A DNA stretch of 64,000 bases from Octopus sinensis (taxonomy: Eukaryota). Below are positions 1-12,805 of the stretch, one piece after another. The DNA is taken from positions 113,212,001 to 113,276,000 of the forward strand of contig NC_043003.1 in the NCBI RefSeq assembly GCF_006345805.1, written 5' to 3'. Both the position numbers and the translations under genes were made by a program. Numbering within the stretch: the first letter of the stretch is position 1; each line of letters begins with the position of its first letter. The notes under the pieces were generated by a model. That model was given only the letters and a program-made list of their open reading frames with translations, was not told where the DNA came from and searched no databases.

Positions 1-135
1 AAATACCACCGAGGTTGACTTTGACTTTTATCCTTTCGGGGTCGACAAAATGAGTATAATCTGATTGAGCACTGGATCGATGTAATCTCCCGCCCCCGAA
101 ATTGCTGGCCTTGTGCCAACATTTGTAATCAATAT
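1..135 (+). mobile_element. SINE family A fragment (older subtype), cut by the window edge
   Basis: Degenerate match to the GAGGTCGACTTTGCCTTTCATCCTTTCGGGGTCGATAAA core seen in at least 10 other places in the window. Confidence 0.75.
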
Positions 136-395
136 TATATGCTACCCTGCACTGTAACACTCTTCACTTCAATATCATATATTGCAGTACTTTATAACAT
201 ATTATGTATTTACATTATACTATAGTAGTACATGCTACGCTAAAACACTACACATTACACCATAGAACATCACATTATTCTACGATATTACTCATTACGT
301 AACAGCATTTGTGTTACACTTGTTAAGTTTGTTCAAATGTAACTTTCTAAAGAGGGCCAGCACATGGCCATTCAGCGAAAGACTGAAACAATACT

Positions 396-528
396 GTATG
401 TATGTATGTATGTATGTATGTATGTATGTATGTATGTATGTATGTATGTATTTATGTATGTATGTATGTATGTATTATGTGTGTATGTATGTATGTATGT
501 ATGTATGTATGTATGTATGTATGTATAT
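396..528. repeat. (TATG)n microsatellite
   Basis: Direct tetranucleotide repeat; continues at 1050-1075 beyond the inserted MITE. Confidence 0.95.
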
Positions 529-529
529 A

Positions 530-1049
530 CCGTAAATCTTCGTGTATAATTCGCATTTTTTCCCCAAAATTTAAAGGTAAAAATCCCTAGTGCGTACTAT
601 ATACGAGGTCAAAAATGAAAACTATTTTCTAAGCAATGTCCGAGTCTCTATTTGCTGTCCGGCAATATTTATTCAGACGCATTTTGTGATGTCGGACGCG
701 AAAATATCTTAAACTAAGCCTGAAAGCAATGAAGTCATAAAAGAATCATCCATAACTTGCAGTAAGCAACATTTATTAAAATAAAAGTATTCAAAACACA
801 GAATATCATAACAAAAACAATTTGCAAACATATTTACATTCCCATATAACAGTTAAGAACATCACCACTATTGTATTACGCATGCACGTAAGTGTTTGTT
901 CGACTAGGTGCTGCTGGTGTAATTACGTACGACTCAAGTTAGAGAAGTGGTGCGTATTATACACAAGGTTTAGGTTTTCCAGAAGCACAGCCCCCTAAAA
1001 ATCGCCTGCGTATTATACTCAAGGACGGACTATACTCGAAGACTTACGG
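530..1049. mobile_element. Tc1/mariner-pogo-type MITE, ~520 bp
   Basis: TIRs CCGTAAATCTTCGTGTATA (530) and TATACTCGAAGACTTACGG (ends 1049), both flanked by TA; inserted in a (TATG)n tract; no coding capacity. Confidence 0.8.
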
Positions 1050-1549
1050 TATGTATGTATATATGTATGTATGTACCTCTGACATCCACTCTTTTAACCT
1101 GATCATCAGGACATAACGTGGTGCTTTCAAGGCAGCCCCTTTCGTGTAAGACTCCATCTGGCCGCCCTTCCCCACTTAGTTCTCGTCCACCCGGTTTCAC
1201 TGACAATGGATGAGGCAACCGGTGCCTTACAATTCTTTGTTGTCGGACCGAACCTGGAATGGCGAAGATTCCTTAGCCATCCTTCAATGCTAGAGTCTCA
1301 TCAACAGCAACAACCACAAACAACCTCACCACATATGCATATCAGCATAGACACATGCACACATATATACACTCACATGCACACATATATACACTCGCAT
1401 ATACACATATACACACTCACATATACACATATACACACTCACATATACACATATACACACTCATATGTATGTCACACTCCAACTTTTCATATCTCGACAT
1501 TAGTTTCGGTCTCAATTCTGCTCATCATCATTTCTCTCAACGTTTCTAT

Positions 1550-1975
1550 ATTCAATTCAATTCAGTTTTTATTGGCTCAAAAAGCAAAAGCAAGGCCATG
1601 TAGGGGGACAGAGAGGGTGTTCAGGCAAAGAGTTCAGGCCATATCTGGTCAAGCGAGACTTTGAACCGAGCGGTCGTCAGCATCTTCACTATCTCGTCCG
1701 GCAGCTTATTCCACAGATCCGCAACCCGGACGGAGAAAGTTCCTCTCCTTCGATTGAGATGAAATCGTCGTAGATAGAGCTTTCCGGAGTGACCCCGCAG
1801 CCCATGCTCTGGAGCAGGAGTGAAGAATAGCTCTTTCGAGAGGTTACACTTTCCGCTTATAATGTTGTGAGCAAGAATGAGATCACCACGGCGTCGTCGT
1901 TTTTCGAGAGAATAAAGGTCGAGCGTCTTCAGTCTTTCTTCATAAGACAAATGCTTGAGACTCATATCTGTGTGC
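1550..1975 (-). mobile_element. CR1-clade LINE 3' end (RT C-terminus, 3'UTR, (AATTG)n tail)
   Basis: ORF 1621-1977(-) LSYEERLKTLDLYSLEKRRRRGDLI...FSVRVADLWNKLP is the typical CR1 ORF2 C-terminus; short pentamer tail at 1550-1565. Confidence 0.9.
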
Positions 1976-2139
1976 AAGAGTATATATGCGCGTATATTGA
2001 ATTATGTATGTGCGTGAATTGATGGCATATGTAGTTCTGTGTACGTATCGTGGCACGAGCGTGCATGCTTGCTGTTCGTTTTATTGTTGTCTTATTTTCT
2101 TGATTTGAAATATCATTGTTGCAATTGTTAAACTCTTGC

Positions 2140-3075
2140 ATTCTCTGTTGCTGTTGCTAGTATTATTATTATTATTATTATTATTACTATTATTATTATT
2201 ACTATTATTATTTTGTTTATTTCCACTGCTGTCCTTATCGTTGTTGTTGTTGTTATTGTTGTTGTTGGTGGTGGTAGCGTTGGTGGTGGTGGTGGCGGTG
2301 GTGGTGATGGTGGCGTTGGTGGTGGTGGTGGTGGTGGTGATGGTGGTGGTAGCGTTGGTGGTGTTCATGGTGGTGGCGGTATTGGTGGTGGTGGTGGTGG
2401 TGGTGGTAGCGTTGGTGGTGGTGATGGTGGTGGTGGTGGTGATAGTGGTGGCGTTGGTGGCGTTGTTGTTGGTTGGTGGTGGTGGTGGCGTTTGTGGTGG
2501 TGATGGTGGTGGCGTTTGAGGTGGTGGTGGTAGTGGTGTTGGTGGTGGTAGCGTTGGTGGTGGTGATGGTGGTGGTGGTGATGGTGGTGGTGGTGGTGAT
2601 GGTGGTGGCGTTGGTGGTGGTGGTGATGGTGGTGGCGTTTATGGTGGTGGTGATGGCGTTTGTGGTGGTGGTGGTGGTGGTGGTGATGGTGGTGGCGTTC
2701 GTGGTGGTGCTGGTGGTGGTGGCGTTTGTGGTGGTGGTGGTGGTGGTAGTGTTGATGGTGGTGGCGTTGGTGGTGGTGGTGATGGTGGTGGCGTTTATGG
2801 TGGTGGTGATGGTGGTGGCGTTTATGGTGGTGGTGATGGTGGTGGCGTTTATAGTGGTGGTGGTGGTGGTGGTGGTGGCGTTTGTGGTGGTGGTGGTAGT
2901 GTTGATGGTGGTGGCGTTGGTGGTGGTGGTGATGGTGGTGGCGTTTATGGTGGTGGTGATGGTGGTGGCGTTTATGGTGGTGGTGATGGTGGTGGCGTTT
3001 ATAGTGGTGGTGGTGGTGGTGGTGGCGTTTGTGGTGGTGGTGGTAGTGTTGATGGTGGTGGCGTTGGTGGTGGCG
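2140..3075. repeat. Compound triplet repeat (TTA/TTG then GGT/GAT/GCG) with a ~150-bp higher-order period
   Basis: TAGTGTTGAT marker recurs at 2747, 2897 and 3044 (spacing 150 and 147). Confidence 0.9.
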
Positions 3076-3789
3076 TTGCTGTTGCAACTGTTGTTTCAAT
3101 TCTCGTTTCTCTTTTCACATTTTTGGCTTTTTTTTCCCCAAAATTCTTTATTAATATTTTTGTTTTCGTTGTTATTTTCGTTGCATATGTATTGTTATTG
3201 TATTTTTTCATTATTGTTATTTGCTGGGTGGGTGGGGGGGTTCGGTTGTGTTGTTCAGAAGGGGGAGGGGGTCAATATTTGATGTTGAAAGACTCAAAGT
3301 CTTGTTGCATAATTTTGGACTCCCCAAAGAATTCTCAATCTTCTGATGTTGGGTCATACGATTGTTGTTGCTGTTGCTATTAAGGTGACGGTGATGGTAA
3401 TGGTGGGGAGGGGGACAGTGGCGGTGATAGTAGTGATTGTTGTCGTTGTTGTTGTTGTACTTGCGGTGGTGGTGGTGGTGGTGGTAGTTGTTCTAATGAT
3501 AATAGTGGTAATGTGTGTGTTGGGGTGATAGTGGTGATGACGGTGGCGACGGTAATGGTGGTGCTGGTGAAAGGGATTCCTGTGGTGCCTGCTGGCATCT
3601 CGATGGTGGTCTTAAATACGGGGACAGCAGCAGTAGCATTGGCGGTGGTGGTGGAGGTGGTGGTGGTGGTTGGTGATATTGTTGATAATATTAGCAAAAG
3701 TGCTGTTGTTTTTGTTGTTGTTGATGATGGTGGTGGTTGTGGTGATAGAGGTAGTATTTTCTTGGCAGTAGTGATTATGGTAATGACAT

Positions 3790-3874
3790 TCCTCTTGGTA
3801 GTAGTAGTAGTAGTAGTAATAGTAGTAGTAGTAGTAGTAGCAGTAGTAATGGCAGCTGTATTAGCAGCAGCAGC

Positions 3875-3909
<35 letters not shown>

Positions 3910-3979
3910 CAGTAGTAGTAGTGGCAGCAGCAGTAGCAGCAGTAGTAGTAGTAATAGTGGCAGCAGCAGCAGTAACAGC

Positions 3980-4016
<37 letters not shown>

Positions 4017-4030
4017 ATGGCGATGACAGT
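3790..4030. repeat. (GTA/GCA)n triplet microsatellite
   Basis: Direct repeat. Confidence 0.95.
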
Positions 4031-4050
4031 GATGGTGGTAATATTATCTT

Positions 4051-4283
4051 AAGGCGGTAAGTGGCAGAACCGTCAAAACGCCGGTCGAAATGCGTTGCCG
4101 TATTTTGTCTGCCGTTACGTTCTGGGTTCAAATTCCGCCGAGGTCGACGTTGCCTTTCATCCTTTCGGGGTCGATAAATTAAGTACCAGTTACGCACTGG
4201 TGTCGATGTAATCAACTTAATTCGTTTGTCTGTCCTTAATTTGTCCCCTCTATGTTTAGCCCCTTGTGGGTAATAAAGAAACA
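4051..4283 (+). mobile_element. SINE family A, near full length
   Basis: Head GGCGGTAAGTGGCAGAA, B-box-like GGGTTCAAATTCC, shared core, 3' end AATAAAGAAA; probable TSD AATAT(T/C)ATCTT at 4040-4050 and 4284-4294. Confidence 0.85.
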
Positions 4284-4519
4284 AATATCATCTTGATGCT
4301 AGTTGTACCAGTGATAGAATGGGGTAAGGTGATGCAGGCGAAAAGGGGATCTTCTTAAGAGAGATTGTAGCTATTGTGTTTGTGATGAAGGGGACAAGTA
4401 ATGGTGGCAGAACAGGGAGCGAAGCTCGGTTTCGGTTTAATGCCAGGGATAACATCATTTCTTTCAATTTTTGTGGAAATTGATGTAGCAACGAGTCTTG
4501 TTTTCCTCAGGGGGGGGGA

Positions 4520-4985
4520 TAACGATGATGATGATGATGATGATGATGATAATGAGGAGGAGGATGGAGAGGAGGAGAAGGAGGAAGATGGATGGCGGAG
4601 GAATATCATATTAGTGCATGCAACAGGAGAGAGAATACTGGTAAAGATGGCGATCTTGTTGACAACACACAGTGATTACCACCATGACGACGACAACAAT
4701 GCTGTTGGTGATGATGATGATGATAATGAGGAGGAGGAGGAGGATAATGATGATGTGGAGGAGGAAGAGGAGGATGAGGAGGATGAGGATGATGATGATG
4801 ATGATGATGATGATAATGATGATGTGGAGGATGAAGAGGCGGAGGAGGAAGAAGAAGTGGAGGAAGAGGGGGGAGAAGAGGAGGAAGAGGGGGAGGGGAA
4901 GAGGAAGAAGAGGAGGGGGATGATGATGATGAGGAGGAGGAGGAGGATGTGGAGGAGGAACAGAAGTAGAAGGAGGATATGTGTG
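4520..4985. repeat. (GAT/GAG/GAA)n purine-rich triplet repeat
   Basis: Direct low-complexity repeats. Confidence 0.9.
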
Positions 4986-5159
4986 TCTTCATTTGCCGAT
5001 ATTACCAGAGAAGCTGTTGCAATTATTGTTGTGGCTGTTGTTGCAGATGTTGATGTTAATGTGTTGATGGTGCTGCTAGGGTTTTGTTTGTTGTTGTTGT
5101 TACCGCAACCATTATTATTATTGTTATTAATCCATATATGGGGGAATACTGTCAAAAGC

Positions 5160-6010
5160 CTTTCGATAATCTATCCTAGCCATGCTTGGATGGTCCCAAC
5201 AGCACCAATCACAATAGGTTCCACACTGACTTTTGAGGCTCTGTGGATTATTTTCACTTCCAATCATAAGTGTTTGGTACTTCCTTTCTTCCTCGTCTTC
5301 TGCCTTTAAAATATTCTGGTCTGCAGGTACGGCTATGTTGATACAGGTCAATTCATTGGACTTCTTCAGTAGGAGAGAGAGAGATCTGATCTGTAGAGGC
5401 ACATGGCCTAGTGGTTAGAGCAGCGGATTCGCGGTCGAAGGATCGCGGGTTCGAATCTCAGGCCGGGCGATCTGTGTGTTTATGAGCAAAAACACCTAAG
5501 CTCCACATGGTTCCGGCAGAAGGTAATGGCGAAACTTCTGCTGACTCTTTCACCACAACTTTCTCTCACTCTTTCCTCCTGCATCTTGCAGATCACCTGC
5601 GATGGACCGGCGTCCCGTCCAGGTGGGGGAACCTATACGCCAAGGAAACTGGGAAACCGGCCCTTATGAGCCACGCATGGCTCGAGAAGGAACAAGTAAG
5701 TACGAGATCTGATCTGTTATGTTGCAGCCTTTTCTCTATATTGGCATATCCCACATGAGCTTCCCATACGAGCATATTTTCTGCTACTGACAAAGGTTGG
5801 TGCTTGTACAACTTGTTGGAACATTCTGATCCATACTTCTTGCACAACCCCCATGGTGCTTTTGTACTGCTTTTGGGTCAATTTTGAGCCTCCACTAATT
5901 ATAAGTCGAAACATCTTAGATGCTTTTCCACAGTCAACACAAAGGTGATACTGCTGTCTTATCAATACTACACTTGATTGAATTGGCTCGTAAAACTCGC
6001 TTATGAGCAG
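5160..6010 (-). mobile_element. R4/Dong-like LINE fragment (restriction-like endonuclease region) interrupted by a SINE
   Basis: Minus strand reads KRLQHNRSDL [SINE] ...IAVPADQNILK...KYQTL and VEPIVIGAVGT (RLE motifs); an RT-like IDYRKAFDSIP piece follows. Confidence 0.75.
5395..5703 (+). mobile_element. tRNA-derived SINE family B
   Basis: A box TGGCCTAGTGG, B box GGTTCGAATCT; exact 14-bp TSD GAGATCTGATCTGT at 5381-5394 and 5704-5717; homologous copies at 41260 and ~59412. Confidence 0.92.
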
Positions 6011-6299
6011 CAAGAATCACTCCTTACGTCTCCTTTAAAAAACATGTCTTAACCAACTCCAGGACTCTTCATCAGCTTCACTGATGTTTATTGGCAAATC
6101 AACTCTCCGTATAAGACTCTCTTTTTCCAGTTGTTCATTTTTGTTTCTATTAGTCTTCATATTGTACTCTTGTACTCACCATTGTCACTGATCACTTCCT
6201 CACTTAATACAGCGTGCAACATTCTTTCATCACTATTCCTTGATTTATTTGTCCAAAAATAGTATGAGAAACAAGAAAACAGTTTTGACTGCTGGTGGA

Positions 6300-6866
6300 A
6301 GAGAAATTGGACAAATCGACATCAAGCGGTCTCTCTTTTGCACTTTGCAACAAGTATGGACTTGAGGGAACAAAAAAGAGGTACGACCACAAGCCCGAAG
6401 GCATCATCGAAAATGATAATGCAAAGATACTGTGGGATTTATGATTCAGTGCGACCATGAGATAGAGAATAGGAAGCCAGACATAGTGTTAATTGAGAAA
6501 GAAAACAAACGATGCTGGATCATAGATATAGCATGCTCAGCTGACAAGTTATGCGATAAAGAAGAAAATCGACAGATACAACAGGCCAGCTTGGGAGGTT
6601 AAGCAGTTGTGGTCGCTGAAAAAGTTGGTAGTAGTATCAATAATTGATGGAGCAGTGAGTAAACATCTTGAGAAGTACATGGAACAAATATGGGCTGCAA
6701 TAAGGGTGGAGCACCTGCAGAAGACTGCAGTTTTGATATGTTCGAATACTCCGGACGTTGCTCGAAAAACAAGGAGTGTTACCATAGTTCACTGGTAGTG
6801 AACAGCTGGCACTGTAGTACACCTCCAGCGTTAGAAGCTGTGCAAAGACAATAAATAATAATAATA

Positions 6867-6901
<35 letters not shown>
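6300..6901 (+). mobile_element. R4/Dong-like LINE 3' end with (TAA)n tail
   Basis: Degenerate reading LCNKYGL..YDHKPEGIIENDNAKILWD..QCDHEIENRKPDIVLIEK..IIDIAC, then 3'UTR and (AAT)n 6855-6901; same family as 37190-37610. Confidence 0.88.
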
Positions 6902-6902
<1 letters not shown>

Positions 6903-8329
6903 CCGCTGAATCAGTACAAGGTAGTGGCTCTCGTGACCTCGCATCTTGACTGGTTCGGAATTGTTATCAAGCACATTTTTTGCCTTATTGTGAAAGAAGT
7001 CCATCAAATATTTTGCTGGATACCACAGATTTGCTTGTCATTTGTTTGACCATAACCATCTGACCATGTTCCTTAGTGGCTGAGCGGAATCTTTTGATGT
7101 TTGTATAATTCACAACTGGAAACATCGGTGTTTTGTTCATCATCCAGAAACAACCCTTATTCAGGAACTATTTGAACGGAATAGGCTACTCGATATGAAG
7201 AAGATCCTGAATGGGCCCCCACGAGGTATTAACCGCCACTAAGCAGGTTGACTGCCGGCCTTTCCCGGCCAAAGGAAGGCAGAGAATCGATCTTCTGTAT
7301 CGAGTCCGGTGAAATTAGATCGTCTTACACGTGATAGCAGCAGTTCATAAGGGCTAAGAAGTAAACACACACACACACAAGCACACACCACACATACACA
7401 CACACATAACCACGCACGCACATACACAGCGCATGCAAAAAGAACACCCCCCACCATTATCCACCTTTCCACCACTAAATACCGTCACCATTACTATCAC
7501 AGACAACACATACATATACATACATGCATATGCACACACACACACATAATATATATATATATACATCTATACATACATACGTTTATTCACGCATACATAT
7601 GTACTTAGATATATACATACGCACATACACACATTCATACATATATGCACTCATGCACACTTATAAGTACACAAACATACAGAATATATACATATATACA
7701 TGCAACAATGCATTCACACTTACATTGATACCTACAAACACACGTACACACATCAATTCATACGTGTGCACAAAAATCAATAGCTAGCAACACAAACGGC
7801 AACAGCTCACACAATATCAGTTCGCTGTCGATGCTTATCCCCACCAACAAACTCAATAAGATTAATAATGATAATGGTTTTTAACATAATCACAATAAGA
7901 ATAACAATAATAACAATATAAAAGATTGCTTTATTTGCCAGGAAAGCAACAGAAAAATCAAACGTTTTTGAAATCGTGCATCTCTGAACAAACACAAATG
8001 ACAATGAGCACACTTTATTTAACAGAAGTTCTATATAGACATATTTTATTTATTTACTTAACGTTTTATATTCGCACAGGACGAACAATAAGCACCGTTA
8101 GTTGCAGGTTTACAATGGGCCAATCAGTTGCTTACTGCGTTTCTGAAGACTTCAGTGACAAAGGAGTGGATGTAACTCGGTACAGAATAAATATCACAAG
8201 GGGTTCAGTTCGAATATCATTCGCTTTGCGGATTTGTCACTCATGTTTATAAGTGAAAGACATCCGCTTACGTGCAAGGTGATGCTCCAGCATGGCTGTG
8301 AAAGCTCATCCAAACAAAAGAATGCACAT

Positions 8330-8540
8330 TTGTGTGTGTATGTGTGTGCGTTTGTGTGTGTGTATGTATGTGCGTGGTGTGTATGTATGTGTGTGGTGTG
8401 TGTGTGTGTGCGTGTGTATGTGTGTGCGTGTGTATGTGTGTGTGTGTGTGTGTGTTGTGTGTGTGTGCGTGGCGTGTGTGTGTGTGTGTGTGTGCGTGGT
8501 GTGTGTGTGTGTGTGTGTGCGTGATGTGTGTGTGTGTGAT
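8330..8540. repeat. (GT)n microsatellite
   Basis: Direct repeat. Confidence 0.95.
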
Positions 8541-8819
8541 AAAATTGCTACATTCAATAAAATACATACAAAACATTTTCAACCTGTTCAAACAGGTCTT
8601 TGGTTTAAAATAATTACTTTCTACGTTTATTCCAGCGTTGTTTCATTCTGCAACAAGCTGTGCTTTATGGCTGCGTTATTCCGTTTCTTCGGGATACTGT
8701 GTCTCGACAGTTGCAACTTGAATTATGCTCTTGGTGTCGACCTCGTATAATGATGCTCTTCATACTGGAGTAATAAATATGTGATATTTTCACAGGAAGC
8801 CTGTTAAATATTATATATA

Positions 8820-8824
8820 CACAC

Positions 8825-8865
<41 letters not shown>

Positions 8866-9092
8866 TATATATATATATATATATATTATATATGTATGTA
8901 TGTATGTATGTATATATATATGTATGTATTATGTATGTATATATGTATGTATGTATGTATATATGTATGTATGTATATATATATGTATATATATATATAT
9001 TACCAGGTGGTGCTATTAAGTTAGACATGGCCTGGGCCAATAATGGCCGAAACCTATCAAAGTATCAAAGTATCAAAGTATATATGTATATA

Positions 9093-9134
<42 letters not shown>

Positions 9135-9350
9135 GTATACATATATTTACAGATAAAATATACACACATATGTATATCTACATGTACATAAACATATATA
9201 TTCATACATATTATATATATACACTTATACATATGCATATATAGAGAGACAACTATTAAATTAAATGGGTGTGTATATATATATACATGTATATATATAC
9301 ATATATATATATATATGTATATATATATATGTATGTATGTATGTATGGAA
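8820..9350. repeat. (TA)n/(TATG)n compound microsatellite
   Basis: Direct repeats with short unique inserts. Confidence 0.9.
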
Positions 9351-9471
9351 AAAAGTAAGTTCTAATGAGAACAATTCAAACATTTTGAGAGGTCCAAAAG
9401 GAGAGAAAGAATGATTTCTAATAAAGATTCATCATATTCACGAGAGACAGCCAGAGTAAATAATAAGAATA

Positions 9472-10487
9472 TGAAAAATATCGTTATAGAAAAATGGAAG
9501 AGGAAAAGATGTTGAATGAAAATTATATTTAATACAAAATAGGATTCAATACATACGCGTGTTTCAAAGGACAATACAAATATGTAAGGAAAAAATTATA
9601 ACCATAGTAATTATAATTAAATTTATGCATTGTCATTTTCATCAATGTGAAGAATTTTTGGAAGGACACCCAAAAAAGGTTTAATTAAATAAATTAAATT
9701 AAAATAAGATACAATAAGAAAGAATACAAAAGAGGTAACAGACATAAATCGGATATTTACAAGCAAGTTGTAAAAAGGATAAACTAACAATGAGAGAGAC
9801 GAAAGAGAAAAAAGACAGTAAACTATAACATAAAAATAAGAATGAAAAGCTAACGTGTATGATTAAAAAAGTGGTAACAGGGCGAGACGAAGTATAATAA
9901 ACAGGGCCATGTGTGTTTAGTAGAATATAACGTAACATGTGAACTAGTAGACAAAAACCATAGGGAGTTATACATAAAATATTAATATTGAAAAATGAAA
10001 AAATATATGTATATATATGATACACGAGGGTAAGACGTGATAGACAAGACTATAATTGGAAAAAAGTTACATAATTGAAATAAAAATGTACATACAGAGT
10101 GAACTTAACAAGGAAAAAACATCGATGTTTTTCCCTTAAGTTCAGTTTGTTTTTTTCCTTTGCATGTATTACCCCATTTGTATTCTCCCTTATTGTATCT
10201 TATTTGCATTTCTTTATTGTATTCAACATTTTCTGATGTCCTTACAAAAATTATTCACACTGATGTCCTTACAAAAATTATTCACACTGATGAAAATGAC
10301 AAGGCATAAATTTAATTCAAATTACTATGGTTATAATATTTTTCCTACATATTTCTATTGTCCTTTGAAACACGCATATGTATTGAATCCTATTTTGTAT
10401 TAAATCTAATTTTGATTCAACATCTTTTTCTCCTCCTTTTTTCTATAAATGTTTATGGTATTTTTATACCTATAACGATATTTTTCA
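9472..10487. mobile_element. ~1-kb fold-back element with ~270-320-bp imperfect inverted arms
   Basis: GAAAAATATCGTTATAG (9473) is the exact reverse complement of CTATAACGATATTTTTC (10470); homology runs inward to ~9745 and ~10163; the ORF track shows mirrored peptides MSFETR(V/I)CIESYFVLN on opposite strands. Confidence 0.7.
10233..10292. repeat. 27-bp tandem duplication inside the right arm of the fold-back element
   Basis: CTGATGTCCTTACAAAAATTATTCACA twice, then CTGATG. Confidence 0.9.
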
Positions 10488-10489
10488 AC

Positions 10490-10521
10490 ACATATACATG
10501 CATACATACATACACACACAT

Positions 10522-10553
<32 letters not shown>

Positions 10554-10913
10554 GCATGTATGTATATATATGTATGTATGTATATATATGTATGTATGTA
10601 TATATATGTATATATATATGGATGTATGTATATATATATATGGATGTATGTATATATATGTATGTATGTATATATATGTATGTATGTATATATATGTATG
10701 TATGTGTATGTATGTATATGTATGTATATGTTTGTATGTATATATTTATATATATGTATGTATATGTATGTGTATGTAATTGCGAGGATGATCCGGTTCT
10801 TGACTGAAGATTAAAGGCGTCCGTGTTTTTGTATCGTCTTCTCGAAGTTTTGCGTTCTTGTCCCATTTTGTATTTATATATATATATATATATATGTGTT
10901 TTCATGTTTGGAT

Positions 10914-10975
<62 letters not shown>

Positions 10976-11064
10976 ACATATATATGCATATATATATTTA
11001 GTAATGTTTATATATCAACAGAATGTGGCACTCCTATACAGGACGAAGTACTGTTGCTATAACT

Positions 11065-11114
<50 letters not shown>

Positions 11115-11120
11115 ACATGT
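10490..11120. repeat. (CA)/(TA)/(TATG) compound microsatellite
   Basis: Direct repeats. Confidence 0.9.
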
Positions 11121-11908
11121 ATACTGTCCCCTTATGCACTTACCCTCCAAATACTTGTGTGTATTACTTGCAGTCAATGCTTTCAGATTGTACGTTTTTG
11201 GCGAGGGTAGGTGGAGCCGTATACACGTGTCTTCGTATGAAGTTATAAACCTTTACGTAATTCTCTCTTCAATATGAATCTGTTCGCCAAAATGCATCTG
11301 TTCACATCTGACATACTGACACTTTCCTCAAAATATCCTAACTACATATATCGATCCCAACAATGCCGATCAATTCCCACCAGCTTTTATTATTATACAT
11401 TTTATTATTATTTATATCTAGCCGTCATTTTCTCATCATCAAATCGTCGGCTCATCAGCAATATTGGCACATATTTTCAGAGCAGACATCTTCAACATTA
11501 AAGCACTTACATTTGTCAGCATTACTTATGTTTTTTTTTCTTTTCTTCAGACAGATTTACAAATTTAATAACAACCATATTGACATTTAACTATGGCATG
11601 CTAATGTTATTATTTTTTTCATTCATTCATTTTGTTCTATATCATTTGGTGTTTGTTTTTCCCCAGTATTTCATAAACTTACCACCTTTCTCTCTCATTC
11701 CCACCTCTCTCCTCTCCGTCATGCCCTCTCACAACTTCTCTCTCTCTCTCTCCACCTCCCTCCCTCTCTCTTTCTCTCTTCTTGCAACAATTCGAATCAC
11801 TGATGCCAATTGTTTCTAAAGATTTAGTAAACCATAATAATAGAAAAGCAGTCATTCTTATCAATTATTATTATTATTATCATTATTATTATTATTAGTA
11901 GTAGTAGT

Positions 11909-11955
<47 letters not shown>

Positions 11956-12334
11956 TCATTACTACTACTACTACTAATAATAATAATAATTATTATTATA
12001 ATTATTATAATAATAACAAGAAGAAGAAGAAGAGGAAAAGAAGAACAAGAACAAGAACAACAAGTACAACAACAATAACAATAATGTTAGCTGACAGAAT
12101 AGCTCACCAGACGAAATGCTTAGCGGTATTTCCGACACATCGACGAAACTTTTTAAAGAAACGGCATAATTCACCCACCTCTCACAAGCAAATAGAAAGA
12201 ACCTTAGTTTAATTGCAAAGTAAAATATTGAAGTTAATTGTGAACTAAAATAAAATGAATCACTAAATTTTTAACATCGATTTTAAATATATTGGTGATA
12301 TGTTTTAGCTGAAGGCCAGGAAGTTAGGAGGAGA

Positions 12335-12492
12335 AGGAACTAATCGATTACATCGAACCCGGTGCTCAGCTGGAGTTTATTTTATTGAAAGAATCAAAGG
12401 CAAAGTCGACCTCAACGGAATTGGAACTCGGAAGGTAAAAATAGACGAAATGCATTTTGCCCAGTTAAGGATTCTGCCTGCTCGCCGCCTTA
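12335..12492 (-). mobile_element. SINE family A, degenerate
   Basis: Reverse complement of the core (AAAGGCAAAGTCGACCTC...GGAATT). Confidence 0.75.
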
Positions 12493-12742
12493 TCGGACCT
12501 AGATACATTGAATAGCCGTGTTGTCAACAACAACAACAACAGCAACGTTAGGCATGTCCACATTATGGGAAATACAAATGTGATTAACCGAACGCCATGC
12601 TTAACAAACTTTCTTTGCAACACTAAATCCTCTAACATGAAACATTTTGTTGAAAGTGCGAAAATTCTGAAGGAGAAATAGAACAAACATCAGGTTATCA
12701 TAACGTAACACAGGTGTGTGAAAGAGGAGAAATGTAACTTAC

Positions 12743-12805
12743 CTGAGCATTACTACGGATACAAGAAGATTCCTTGTTCCATCTAAACAAGAGTTGAAGA
12801 CAGAC
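12743..12805 (-). CDS. Candidate isolated 63-bp exon of an unidentified host gene
   Basis: Minus strand: acceptor ATATTTTCCAG|G, donor CAG|GTAAGTT, length a multiple of 3, two open frames (VCLQLLFRWNKESSCIRSNAQ or SVFNSCLDGTRNLLVSVVML); no homology recognised. Confidence 0.3.

Noticed and set aside
311-590. [12 protein letters not shown]-type ORFs here and throughout the window
   Set aside because: Translations of (TATG)n, (TA)n and (CA)n microsatellites
2365-3282. Long His-rich, Val-rich and Gly-rich ORFs
   Set aside because: They come from a stop-free GGT/GAT triplet repeat that is open in several frames on both strands; no splice or start context, and no match to known His-rich cephalopod protein motifs that I can recognise
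4401-5309. 302-aa acidic ORF
   Set aside because: Read-through of (GAT/GAG)n repeats into an antisense LINE fragment
5395-5470. tRNA genes at SINE heads (also 24772, 32168, 32908, 41260)
   Set aside because: A and B boxes are present, but each continues into a SINE body with a TSD and lacks a complete cloverleaf
9025-9060. GGCC-AATAAT-GGCC-GAAAC hairpin resembling hammerhead stem II
   Set aside because: No CUGANGA core and no stem III or cleavage triplet
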